This document shows, piece after piece, positions 39,317 through 49,062 of a stretch of 64,000 bases of DNA (the first letter of the stretch is position 1; every line of letters starts with the position of its first letter). The position numbers and the translations under genes are program-made. This DNA is from Candidatus Multivoradales bacterium. Lineage in GTDB: Bacteria; Acidobacteriota; Thermoanaerobaculia; Multivoradales; J023. The stretch covers positions 4,704,001 to 4,768,000 of the forward strand of contig CBDFLE010000006.1 of NCBI GenBank assembly GCA_965248925.1, in the 5' to 3' direction. Under the pieces are notes generated by a model that was not told the DNA's origin, made no database searches, and saw only the letters and a list, made by a program, of their open reading frames with translations.

Positions 39317-39995
39317 GTGGAGGAGGGCATCGAAGAGTTGCGGCAAGCGGTTGCCGTGCGGCGCGCGCTGGGCGATCCGGTCGCCGTCGGTCAGACCCTG
39401 GGGTCCTTGGCCTGGGGTCTGAGTCTCGATGGCCAGGACGCCGCCGCGCGGGCGGCCTACGCCGAGGCTGTCGAACCGCACCAGCCGCTGGTGGAGAACC
39501 ACGAGGTCGTGCATCTGCCGTCGGCCTCGACCTTGGTGGCTTTACGCCGTCGAGCGGCGCGCCCGCCGGCCCCTCACCTGCTGGCGGTGATCGCCGGCCC
39601 GGTCTTCGAGGCCGACGATCCACGGCTCACCGGCAGCCCCCCACAGCAGACGGCCAGCGCCCCGAACTCGCCCCTGGCGCGTACCCGCCGGGCTCTCAAC
39701 GGCCAGTTCGACCGCCCTCAAGCCGCTGCCGAAGAAGGCTCGCGCATCGCCGCCATCGCCCAGCGGGTGGATGGGCTGGCGCCCCCGGTCCACAGTGGTT
39801 TCGCCGCCAGCCGCGAGCTGGTCACCGGTGGTGATCTCGACAGCTACCGCATCCTGCACTTCACCACCCACGGCATCGTCGACGCCGCCGATCCCGCCCT
39901 GGCCGGGCTGGTGCTGTCGCTCTACGCCGCCGCCAGCCGCCCCCGCGACGGCCTGCTGCCCGCCCGCGATTTGCGCGCTCTGCACCTCGCCGCCG
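39317..39995 (+). pseudogene. TPR-CHAT domain protein remnant
   Basis: One TPR fragment joined to CHAT (LPSAS, YRILHFTTHG, DGLL); truncated just before the LSAC catalytic motif. Confidence 0.75.
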
Positions 39996-41177
39996 GTCAA
40001 AATCTAGCCCTTCGATCGCTTGACCGAGGACTTGCACCGCCCGGTCGAAGCTGTGGACTTGCTCGAAGCTGCAGAAGACCGCCTCCTCAAAGCGTCCGAC
40101 CCGCAACCACCATGCCGTCGCCTCTCGCGACAGCGCGGTCTTGCCCATGCCGCCGCCTCCGGCGACCACCACCGCGTTGTGTTTCTCGAAGGCTCTGCCG
40201 AGTTCCCACAGCTCCTGGGTTCGCCCCTGGAAGCGGTAGGTCGGCTCGGGCGGAAAGCCGTGCAGGCGCTCCTCCGGCGAGCTCACCAAGACCGGCGCGG
40301 CTCCGGCTTCGGCGGCCTCCGCGGAGTCGGCGTCGTCCGTGCGCAGCGACAAATCCGGCCTCACCTGGTAGAGCTGCGGCACGAACCAATCTTGCAGCTT
40401 GACGGTCGATGGATCTGGCCCCAGGGTCAGCCAACGATCGGGCTCGGCTCGCATCCTGGTCCGCGCCGCGGAGAGCGCCTGGCCAATGCTCTGACCGTCC
40501 GCCACCTGGCGGTAAAAGCTCTCCACCAGCAGGCGCGACGCCTCAATGTGGAGTTGGCAGAATTCGACCTCTACCGAACCTCGGGGCAGGCGATCGAGAC
40601 TATCGAGCAGAGGGCGAATGCTGCTGCGCGGATCGATGAAGCCGGAGTCGGTGGGCCGGCTGACGATCACCAGCAGACGCATCGGCAGACTCAGCTGCAT
40701 CGGCTCCAGGGGCCTGGCACCTTCGAGCTGCCGACGGATCGACACCCCGCGAAAGGCCAGTGGCCCCTTGCGATCTCGCATCAGCTCCCAAGGCTGCACC
40801 AAGACGGCAGGTTCCGAAGTGCCGAGGGTTAGCAGAACCGGGCGCTCGGCTTTCAGCGCTTGCAGCAGATTGCGGTAGACATGGGTGCCTTCGACGCTGC
40901 CAAAGGCGGCATCAAAGAGTGCCCGTCCCCACGGCTCAAGCTGGCGCTCCACCTTGTAGGCCCGCACCCGAGTGCCAGCACCGACGAACTCATGGTATTT
41001 CTCCAAGTACCAGCGCAGATCGGTGGCGTCGTCGCCGGTGAGGGGAGGCTTGAGCGCAAACGGCCCGGAGATCTGCCCGTCCGACTCCACCCACCGGGCC
41101 TCGTAGGGGGCGTTAGGGGAGGAGTCGGAGTCAGACTCGGTCTTGCGGATCACTAGGCGGACGGAATAAGGGGTCAT
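39996..41177 (-). pseudogene. CHAT + P-loop (STAND-like) protein remnant
   Basis: LRWYLE, PWEL, RLLVIVSRP; catalytic His/Cys segment missing; FQGR...GGGGMGKT; truncated after the P-loop. Confidence 0.75.
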
Positions 41178-41292
41178 CGTCGCTCCTCGAAGTGGTTATG
41201 AGGAGTTGGACCCGGCGAGTTCGCTTGTAGGGGTATCGGGATCGAGGCCCAGGCAGAGGCGGCGAGGGTCGACCGTAAACAAGAGCCTTACT

Positions 41293-41460
41293 CTTCGTCC
41301 CGCCAGGGACGTTACATCCTAGCGAGGGATTTCAATCCCTCGCGGTGGCTGTCTGAGTCGGGATGGCGTGACTCGCTGGACCTTGGTGCCGGCGCCCCAC
41401 GCGCGCCCCGCAAGTGATTGAAATCACTCGCTAGGTGATAACGTCCCTGACGGGACGAGG
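41293..41460. repeat. REP/REPIN-like inverted palindrome pair
   Basis: About 53-bp imperfect inverted repeats (41293-41345 / 41408-41460), each with internal hairpins (GCGAGGGATTTCAATCCCTCGC). Confidence 0.8.
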
Positions 41461-41553
41461 ACGCTGCGTGTCCCGAGTTTGCACGTAGTGCTAGGTTCGT
41501 CCCCATTGACCCGCTCTTTTCCCCGATCCGATCAGCTGGCGAAAGGCTCCGCG

Positions 41554-42813
41554 ATGTTTCTCAAGCACTTATCCCTGAACAACATTCGCTGTTTCGAGAG
41601 TGCCGAACTCGACTTTGACCTGCCCGGTGGCAAGAACCGCAAGTGGACGGTGCTGCTGGGCGAGAACGGGACCGGCAAGACCACCGTCCTCAAGACGCTG
41701 GCGCTGGCGATGGCAGGTTCCGACGCGCTCAGCGAGCTGGTCGGCGATCCGCGGAGGTGGATCCGCTCTGGCGCCGACCATGGCACCATCCGACTGTCTA
41801 TCGAGACCGCTCGGGGCGAGGTGCGTGAGATTTCGCTAGACTTTCTTCGCAGTGAGAGCCGTTCGCAGTTCCTCAAGCGAGCCACCATCTCTCTCGAATT
41901 GCTCGATGCGGCGCTGGAGCACACCAGCCGCAATTACTTGACCGTGGCCTACGGCGCCTCGCGGCGGTTGGGCGATGGTGGCCTGGTGGGGAGTTCCAAG
42001 CAGGGTGGGTTTTCTCATCCCCGAGCCCGCAGCCTGGCGTCGCTCTTCGATCGCGAAGCGGAACTCAACCCAATCGAGAGCTGGGCCATGCGGCTCGACT
42101 ACAGCAGCGATGGACAGCACCTGGGAGTAATTCGCAAGGTGCTGAGCGACTTCTTGCCCGACACCTCGTTCTCGCATATCGACAAGAGCCTCGGGAGCCT
42201 GATGTTCGACACTCCTGACGGTGCGATGCCCTTGCGGCAGCTCAGCGATGGCTACCAGAATGTGGCCGCTTGGGTCGGTGATTTGCTCTTTCAGATCACC
42301 AACATTTTTGGCGATTACAAAGATCCGCTCGAGGCCCGTGGGGTGCTAATCATCGACGAGGTCGATTTGCATCTGCATCCGAAGTGGCAGCGGCGACTGC
42401 TCGGCTTTCTCGACTCGCGGCTACCGAATATGCAGCTGGTAGTGACCACCCACTCGGTGGTGACCGCTCAGCAAGCAAAAGCCGGGGCCCTGCACTACTG
42501 CGTTCGCCGACCGGAGCGGTTGGAGATCGAGGCCTTCGCCGGCGATCCGGGCAAGTTGCTGCTCAATCAGTTGATCTCTACCGAGGCCTTCGGCAACGCT
42601 TCCGATGAGTCCCTGCGGGTCGAGAAAGACAAGCAGGACTATCGAGAGCTGCACCATAAGGCGAGCCAGAGCGCTGCCGACCGGGCACGGATGGAGGAGA
42701 TCTCCGACCGCCTCGGGCAGATTCCCGAAGATGCCGAAGACGGCGTTTTCATGACTGTCGAGCAGCGTCAGCTGATGGCTGAGATCCAACGGCAGTATCC
42801 GGGCCAGAAGTGA
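41554..42813 (+). CDS. AAA/ABC-type ATPase (PtuA/Septu-like)
   Basis: GENGTGKT, YGASRR, QLSDGY, IIDEVDLHLHPKWQ, VTTHS. Confidence 0.88.
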   Translation: MFLKHLSLNNIRCFESAELDFDLPGGKNRKWTVLLGENGTGKTTVLKTLALAMAGSDALSELVGDPRRWIRSGADHGTIRLSIETARGEVREISLDFLRSESRSQFLKRATISLELLDAALEHTSRNYLTVAYGASRRLGDGGLVGSSKQGGFSHPRARSLASLFDREAELNPIESWAMRLDYSSDGQHLGVIRKVLSDFLPDTSFSHIDKSLGSLMFDTPDGAMPLRQLSDGYQNVAAWVGDLLFQITNIFGDYKDPLEARGVLIIDEVDLHLHPKWQRRLLGFLDSRLPNMQLVVTTHSVVTAQQAKAGALHYCVRRPERLEIEAFAGDPGKLLLNQLISTEAFGNASDESLRVEKDKQDYRELHHKASQSAADRARMEEISDRLGQIPEDAEDGVFMTVEQRQLMAEIQRQYPGQK

Positions 42814-43637
42814 TGATCGGCCTGGTTCGAGTTCGCACCAAGAAGGCGGTTCCCTCCAGCTTTCGCGGCGCCACGCCGCACAACCGGTTGGTCAAGCTGA
42901 TGCAGGACGTCCAATCCAAGCTGGCGGCGGGAGAACCGGTAGAGCTTGAGATCGACTCTAAATGGAAGGTAACCAAGAACCAGTTGCTCACCGAGACCCA
43001 CGGCAAGTGTGCCTATTGCGAGACTCCAACCGCGGTCGTCGCCTTCGGTGATGTGGAGCATTTCCGGCCGAAATCGGTCTACTGGTGGCTAGCCTACGTC
43101 TACGACAACTACCTTGCTTCCTGCGCGGTCTGCAACCAGCAATTCAAGGGTAAGAAGTTTGAACACGACGGACCGATGATGGCCGCTCCGCCGGTCAGCG
43201 AGATGACTCCTGCCGCGGAGCTGAAGTCCCTTGCCAAGACCTTCATTCCCGATCCGTTGAAAGCCGATCAAGTGACCGCCTTCGAAGCTGCTCACCAGGT
43301 TGAAGCTGCGCGAATTCCGAATCCCTACATTGACCACCCAGAAGAGATCTTCGCTTGGGAAGTGCTCGCTGGAAGCCGGGAAGTCGAGCTGGTCGCCAGA
43401 CTGGGGGTGCCGGGATCCGTCGCCAAAGTGGACGCCGCCGAGCGCATCTACGGTCTTAACCGGCCGGAACTAAAGCGCCTACGGTTCAAGCACTTTCAGT
43501 TCTACAGTGTCTCTCGACAGACCGCCGACGAGCCAGGTGTTCCGCTGGTGATCCGCGACCTTCATCTGCGGCTGATCGAAAGCATGACAAGGCCGGATAG
43601 TCCCTATGCCGGGATGATCCGCTTTTTCGAAGGCTAG
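42810..43637 (+). CDS. HNH endonuclease (PtuB/TIGR02646-like)
   Basis: KCAYCE...DVEHFRPK..YWWLAY..DNYLASCAVCN; overlaps the ATPase stop. Confidence 0.85.
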   Translation: MMIGLVRVRTKKAVPSSFRGATPHNRLVKLMQDVQSKLAAGEPVELEIDSKWKVTKNQLLTETHGKCAYCETPTAVVAFGDVEHFRPKSVYWWLAYVYDNYLASCAVCNQQFKGKKFEHDGPMMAAPPVSEMTPAAELKSLAKTFIPDPLKADQVTAFEAAHQVEAARIPNPYIDHPEEIFAWEVLAGSREVELVARLGVPGSVAKVDAAERIYGLNRPELKRLRFKHFQFYSVSRQTADEPGVPLVIRDLHLRLIESMTRPDSPYAGMIRFFEG

Positions 43638-43977
43638 CAGGCTGAGGAAAAGTCTCGCCACGCTCCGAGCGGCCATTTTTCGCCAGCTCCGCGTTGCAAA
43701 ACCTCGCAGGATTCCCAATATTCCTGCGGTCTTGCGCCTTGATCTGATGAAAACTTGCTCGCTCTCGCAGGCGGCAGACTTCCACCACAGGCGGCTAGAG
43801 CGGGGTCTCCTGGTTTAGGAGTCCGGTAATTGCCTGGGATTCGCTGGGCGTGGCTGATTGGGGACGGGTCGCCGGCCGGAAAAAATCGGGGCAGGCCCGC
43901 AGGCCCACCCCGTGGGTCAATCAATGCAGATGGTCAACGCCGTTGTTCAGCAAGAACGACCAAGATCATGGCTCGAC

Positions 43978-46101
43978 TCAATGCTCTTCCAAATACCCAA
44001 CCAAAGCGCTCCAGAAGAACCGAGCGTCCTCGCGGCGGCTGATCACCCCAGCTCCGCGCAATTCTTCGAGGGCGTCGCCGACGCAGAATAGGTAGTCGAC
44101 GAAACCCAGCTCGCTGTCGATGCTGCAGGGGATTTCAGGGAAGTTCAGCCGGCTGCGCTGGCGGACATGGTGCAGCCGGTTGCGAGTGCCGCCGGGCCAC
44201 AGCACGTCGACGGTGGCTCGCCTGGCATGGCCGAGGCCGAAGCCGATCTCCAAGCTGTGCTGGGAGAGATAGGTCGAGCCGCTCTGCACCGGCACGGTAG
44301 CGGTCTGACCATGGCGTGGGGTGACCGAGACCACCGCGCCGATGCCGTCACGGTTGACCTGGCCGCCGCTGGTGATACCCACCGTGCCGAGGGTCTTGAC
44401 CTTGATCCAGCGGTTGCCGTTGTTGCCGCTGTTGATCTCTACCGCCAGATCGCCGAGCTGATGGTCGATACCAGTCCAGACGAAGCCGTCCGGAGTCGGC
44501 GTGTAGGTCGGAGAAAAGCCGGCGGTGGTGTCGAGCACCGAGCCGTAGGTCGCTGGACTGAGTAGCACCGGTAGCAGGGGCGAGAGCACCAGATTGGCGG
44601 CTGAGACAATGTCGGTGAAGCCATCGTCGTCGAGATCGCCGGTGGCGACGCCGTGGACGGTGCGCACTTGGTGATCGGTGGTCAGTGCGGCGCTGTCGAG
44701 TTCGAAGGTGCCGCAACCCTGGTTGCGCATCAGCACCCCCGGGTTGTCGGCGAAGACCAGGAAGTTCATTTCCAGGCCACCGTGGTAAAGCAGGTCGGTG
44801 TCGCCATCGTTGTCGTAGTCGAACGCCGAGCTACCCCAGCCGAAGACCGAGGCGCCGAGGTCGCCGACCCCACCGTCGCTGAAGGTACCATCGCCGTTGC
44901 CGAAGTGCAGGCGGGTGCTTTGGTCGCCGAGTAGATATGGGGCGCCGAAGGTCGGCAGGTTGTAGTCGCCGAAGTTCGATCCCAGCAGGTCGAGGTGGCT
45001 GTCGCAGTTGACATCGGCCACCGCGAAGCCCATCCACGATCCCGAGGAGGTGTCGTTGAGGTCGATCACTTCATCGACAAAGTGGCCGCTGCCACCGTTG
45101 AGGAAGATGTGCAGGAAACCACGGTCGAGACCGCCATCACGGGCGATCGGGAAGGCTCCCTGATCGTCGGCTTGCAGCAGGTCGAGGTCGCCGTCCTGGT
45201 CGATGTCGACCATGCCGACCGCCCAAGTGATGGTCGCGACTCCGGGTGGAATGCTAGCCATGGCGTAGATCCCGGAGCCGGCGCTAATGTCTTCGAAGGA
45301 GCCGTCGCCGCGATTGCGAAACAGCTGGTTGGGCTGATTCAAAGCAAATGGTTCGGCGAAAATAGGCAGTAAGACGTCGTCGTGGAAGTTGTTGGCGATG
45401 AAGACGTCGAGCAGTCCGTCGCCGTCGATGTCGCCCATGGCGCAGGAAGTTGAGGCTAGCGCTCCGCCTTCGAGGCCGCTAGGCGAGACGGTGGTGAAGG
45501 CACCGCCGTGGTTCTCGAGCAGCAGGTTGTCTTCGCTGCGGCCGAGCACCAAGATCTCCGGGTCGCCGTCGTTGTCGAGGTCGCCATAACAGACCCCGGC
45601 ACCGGTCTGAGCGGTGAGGTCGGCGCCCACCGCGCTCGCAACATCGACGAAAGTAGCGTCGCCGGTCTCGACCAGTTGGTTGGCGTAGAGGCTGTTGGCC
45701 ACCCCCGGGCCGTTGGTAGCGTAGATGTCGAGATCACCATCGCCATCGAAATCGAGCACGGCAACGCCGACCAGACCATGAATGGCGTCGCTGTTGGGTA
45801 GCAGCGCCAAATTGGGAAAGGGAATCGGCTGGCTCAGACTGGCGTCGCGAACGGCTTCGACGCTAGCGAACAGAGCACCGCGGTGGCGGGCAAAGTCGAT
45901 TCCGGCACCGCCATCAGCCGCGATGTTGTCAAAAGTTACCCCGCCATCGGCTCTGGCGACGCCGGTCACTGTTCCGCTCACAAGCAGCAAAGCGGTGACC
46001 ATTCTCAGAACTGAGCGGGCCGCTGGGCGGCAACTAGGTCGCAGAGAAGCAGGGTGGGTGGCAAGGCGGAAATGGCGAGCATGAAGAGGAGTTGGGATCA
46101 T
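43978..46101 (-). CDS. CRTAC1-family FG-GAP repeat protein with ASPIC/UnbV domain
   Basis: Repeated DxDxDGDxD motifs; NRDGIGAVV, GSTYLSQHS, FGLG, VLWPGG; GGAGG SD before ATG 46101. Confidence 0.9.
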   Translation of the reverse strand: MIPTPLHARHFRLATHPASLRPSCRPAARSVLRMVTALLLVSGTVTGVARADGGVTFDNIAADGGAGIDFARHRGALFASVEAVRDASLSQPIPFPNLALLPNSDAIHGLVGVAVLDFDGDGDLDIYATNGPGVANSLYANQLVETGDATFVDVASAVGADLTAQTGAGVCYGDLDNDGDPEILVLGRSEDNLLLENHGGAFTTVSPSGLEGGALASTSCAMGDIDGDGLLDVFIANNFHDDVLLPIFAEPFALNQPNQLFRNRGDGSFEDISAGSGIYAMASIPPGVATITWAVGMVDIDQDGDLDLLQADDQGAFPIARDGGLDRGFLHIFLNGGSGHFVDEVIDLNDTSSGSWMGFAVADVNCDSHLDLLGSNFGDYNLPTFGAPYLLGDQSTRLHFGNGDGTFSDGGVGDLGASVFGWGSSAFDYDNDGDTDLLYHGGLEMNFLVFADNPGVLMRNQGCGTFELDSAALTTDHQVRTVHGVATGDLDDDGFTDIVSAANLVLSPLLPVLLSPATYGSVLDTTAGFSPTYTPTPDGFVWTGIDHQLGDLAVEINSGNNGNRWIKVKTLGTVGITSGGQVNRDGIGAVVSVTPRHGQTATVPVQSGSTYLSQHSLEIGFGLGHARRATVDVLWPGGTRNRLHHVRQRSRLNFPEIPCSIDSELGFVDYLFCVGDALEELRGAGVISRREDARFFWSALVGYLEEH

Positions 46102-46795
46102 CGTTCTAAACCCTCCTGGTCGGGTTTTCGGCCCGACTGGCTTTGACCCGGCGACCAGACCTTCCAGATAGGTCGCTGAGTCGTTCCACGGCGGCAACCT
46201 GCATTCCATGCACCACGCAGCACCTGCAGAAGGTTTTCCCCGAGCCCAACAGGGTCACTCGGGGTCTACCGGATTGCTGTCCGTTGTCCTATGCAGAAAA
46301 GCATAGACGATCTTAATCAATCCTGCTGCGCTATTCACCCAACTTGCATCAAAAATCCATGTTTTGGACCAAAAAGACATCTTTTTGGCCTCATTAGCCG
46401 GGTTTGGAGCGGGTTGCAGGTGGGCTAGTCGCCGTTCTGGCATCTCAGGGAGAGGGTCAGTTAAGATTTTGGAGCTGAAGAGTGGCTTGGCTGGCGTTGA
46501 CGAGACTCACTTTGAGCTTGGGCTGGCCACGGGTCGCTGGCCGTCGACGGAGGGAGTGACGGAATTCCCTCACCGATGCGGTTGAATTGACGCTCCTGAA
46601 GCAACTTAGGCTTTTCAACTTGCTTTCCGCAGGGATTTGTGTGAAGTTAGTTGCAGAATAGTTGATTCATCCTGAAGTAAGCCGGGACCCAGAAGGCCCC
46701 GAAAAAGGGCAAGCCATGGCCTGTCGTTGGGAGGGGTGTAGGCACAACTTGAGGCTTCAGGAGGCGAATCAGCCTGACCGCGGAGGCCATTTGCT

Positions 46796-48931
46796 TTGAG
46801 ATTTACATTTGCTTTGAGATTCAACTGCGTTGATCGATTCCAGCTCCCTGTTCGAGTTCACCGCCTTGAACCCGCCCACCGTCTTGGACGAAGGCTCAGG
46901 GCTCTACCGCTCTGCTTCCTGCTGGGAGCATCGGCCTTGTTGGCCGATGGCGGCGTGACCTTCACAGACATCGCGCCGGATGCCGGCAGCGGCTTGACCT
47001 ACAGTCGGCAACGTTCTCCCAGCGACGCCGCTTTTGATGCCATCAAACAGCAGCCGGAGTACACCTTCGACGACCTGCTGATCACGCCGCTCAAGAGCCG
47101 TGGCGCCCCGGGAGTAGCGATTTTCGACTATGACGACGATGGCGACCTCGACCTTTACGTCACCAACGGTCCCGGCAAGGCCAACAGCCTGTTCGCCAAC
47201 CAGCTGATGGAAAGCGGCGCGGTGAGTTTTTTCGACCTGGCCCTGGCGGCTGGGGTCGATGCCACAGAGCAGAACTCCAACGGCACTTGCAGCGGCGATC
47301 TCGACAACGATGGTGACACCGAACTCTTGGTGCTCGGCAACAGCGAGCCCAACTTACTGTTTGAGAACCAAGGCGGCGGGCTATTCACCGACATCACGGC
47401 CGCGGCCGGCCTTGGTGGCGGCATTTTGGCGTCGACCTCCTGCAGCATGGGCGACATCAATGGTGATGGCTGGTTGGACATCTTTGTTGGCAACGCGCTT
47501 GATATGTCGGTGCAACTCGGCATCTTCACCGAGCCGTTTGGTTTCAACCAAGCAAACCAGCTATTTGTCAATCAGGGCGACGGTAGTTTTGTCGAAGGAG
47601 CCGCGGCCGCGGGCCTACTCGATCTCGATTTGCCGGCCGCTGCGCCGCCGGACGCCGCCACTATTACTTGGGCCGTGGCCTTGGTGGATATCGATCTCGA
47701 TGGGGATACCGATGTGGTGCATGCCGACGACCAGGCGGCCTTTCCGGCCGGCGTGCTGGGTGGTATCGACCGCGGCTATGTGCAGATTTTCGAGAACGAT
47801 GGCAGCGGCCAGTTCACCAACATGACCTATGAGCGCGACATGGGGCGGCCAGGGGCGTGGATGGGATTGTCGTTCGGCGACTTTGATAGCAACGGCACCA
47901 TGGATCTGTTCGGTTCCAATTTCGGCAATCATCCGGGGTTCTTCGTCGGCTTTAGCGACACTAGCGTCTATCACGCCGACTCGAGATGGTTTCTGCAGCA
48001 GGACGAGGGTAGCTTTCTTGATCCCTCAGATCCGGTGCGCCTGAACACCCCCTTTGGCTGGGGCACTTCGGCGCTGGACTACGACAACGATGGTGATAGC
48101 GACATTCTCTTCCACGGCGGGCTCGACGTCGGGCCGTTTGTCGCTACCAATCCAGGTTCGTTGCTGGCCGGTGACGGCGCCGGGGGTTTCACCCGTGATC
48201 TGGAAGCGCTGGCGGGTTCTACCGAGCACGTGCGGCGCACGGTTCATGGCGTCGCTACCGGCGATCTCGATGGCAATGGCTTTCAAGATATTGTTACGGT
48301 GGCCAACTTTACCTTTTATGATGCGCCCTTGACCATGGCGCCGCCGCTGGGGGGTGAGTTCGATCTCGATGCGGTGGTGCAGCTGTCTTTCCTTCCCTTG
48401 GCCATGCCGCCGGACTTCTTGTTTACGTGGAGCGGCATCGAATTCGCGGACGGTGACCTGTCGGTGGAACTCAACGATGGCGCCAACGGCAATCACTCGC
48501 TCCAGGTGCGCACCCTGGGGACGGTGGGGCTGACCACCGACGGCGCGGTAAATCGCGATGGCATCGGGGCGGTGGTGAGGTTCCGCACACCGAGGGGAAA
48601 GCGCCAGATGGTGCCGGTGTTGGGTGGCTCTAGCTATGCCTCGCAGCATGCCTTGGCGAGCCATTTTGGCCTCGGTTCCGAGCGCCGTGGATTGATCGAT
48701 GTGCTGTGGCCCGGCGGTACTCGCAATCGTCTCTACACGCTGCGCTTGAGAGAACGGGTGACCTTCCCCGAAATCCCTTGCAGTTACGCCGAAGAGGGCG
48801 GCTTTTTCGCCTATCTTGGGTGTACTGACCAAGCCCTCGATGAGCTAGAAGCGGCGGGGGTGATCGATGCGGCGCAAGCCTTCCGCTTCTTCGCCAGTGC
48901 CGTCCGCGCCTACTTCGACCACCGCCGCTAG
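46796..48931 (+). CDS. CRTAC1-family FG-GAP/ASPIC-UnbV protein, paralogue of the divergent gene; start uncertain
   Basis: Same motif series from ADGGVTF to PEIPCS. Confidence 0.9.
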   Translation: MRFTFALRFNCVDRFQLPVRVHRLEPAHRLGRRLRALPLCFLLGASALLADGGVTFTDIAPDAGSGLTYSRQRSPSDAAFDAIKQQPEYTFDDLLITPLKSRGAPGVAIFDYDDDGDLDLYVTNGPGKANSLFANQLMESGAVSFFDLALAAGVDATEQNSNGTCSGDLDNDGDTELLVLGNSEPNLLFENQGGGLFTDITAAAGLGGGILASTSCSMGDINGDGWLDIFVGNALDMSVQLGIFTEPFGFNQANQLFVNQGDGSFVEGAAAAGLLDLDLPAAAPPDAATITWAVALVDIDLDGDTDVVHADDQAAFPAGVLGGIDRGYVQIFENDGSGQFTNMTYERDMGRPGAWMGLSFGDFDSNGTMDLFGSNFGNHPGFFVGFSDTSVYHADSRWFLQQDEGSFLDPSDPVRLNTPFGWGTSALDYDNDGDSDILFHGGLDVGPFVATNPGSLLAGDGAGGFTRDLEALAGSTEHVRRTVHGVATGDLDGNGFQDIVTVANFTFYDAPLTMAPPLGGEFDLDAVVQLSFLPLAMPPDFLFTWSGIEFADGDLSVELNDGANGNHSLQVRTLGTVGLTTDGAVNRDGIGAVVRFRTPRGKRQMVPVLGGSSYASQHALASHFGLGSERRGLIDVLWPGGTRNRLYTLRLRERVTFPEIPCSYAEEGGFFAYLGCTDQALDELEAAGVIDAAQAFRFFASAVRAYFDHRR

Positions 48932-49062
48932 GCGGCAATGCTGTTCGACCTGCTGACGTAGTGCGGCGGGTCCTTGATTGAACCAGCCCGCCGGTGTCGG
49001 AGAGGGCGCTGGCGGGTCCTACAACGGCCGGTCCACGGGCCGGTCGTGGGGGGATCCCAGAA

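Noticed and set aside
41293-43637. Complete retron (ncRNA + RT + PtuAB)
   Set aside because: No reverse transcriptase ORF was found in the window.
43978-48931. Enediyne biosynthetic cluster (UnbV)
   Set aside because: No PKS, thioesterase or other unb genes in the window.
48938-48961. tnaC-like leader peptide (MLFDLLT*)
   Set aside because: No Trp codon and no resemblance to TnaC.
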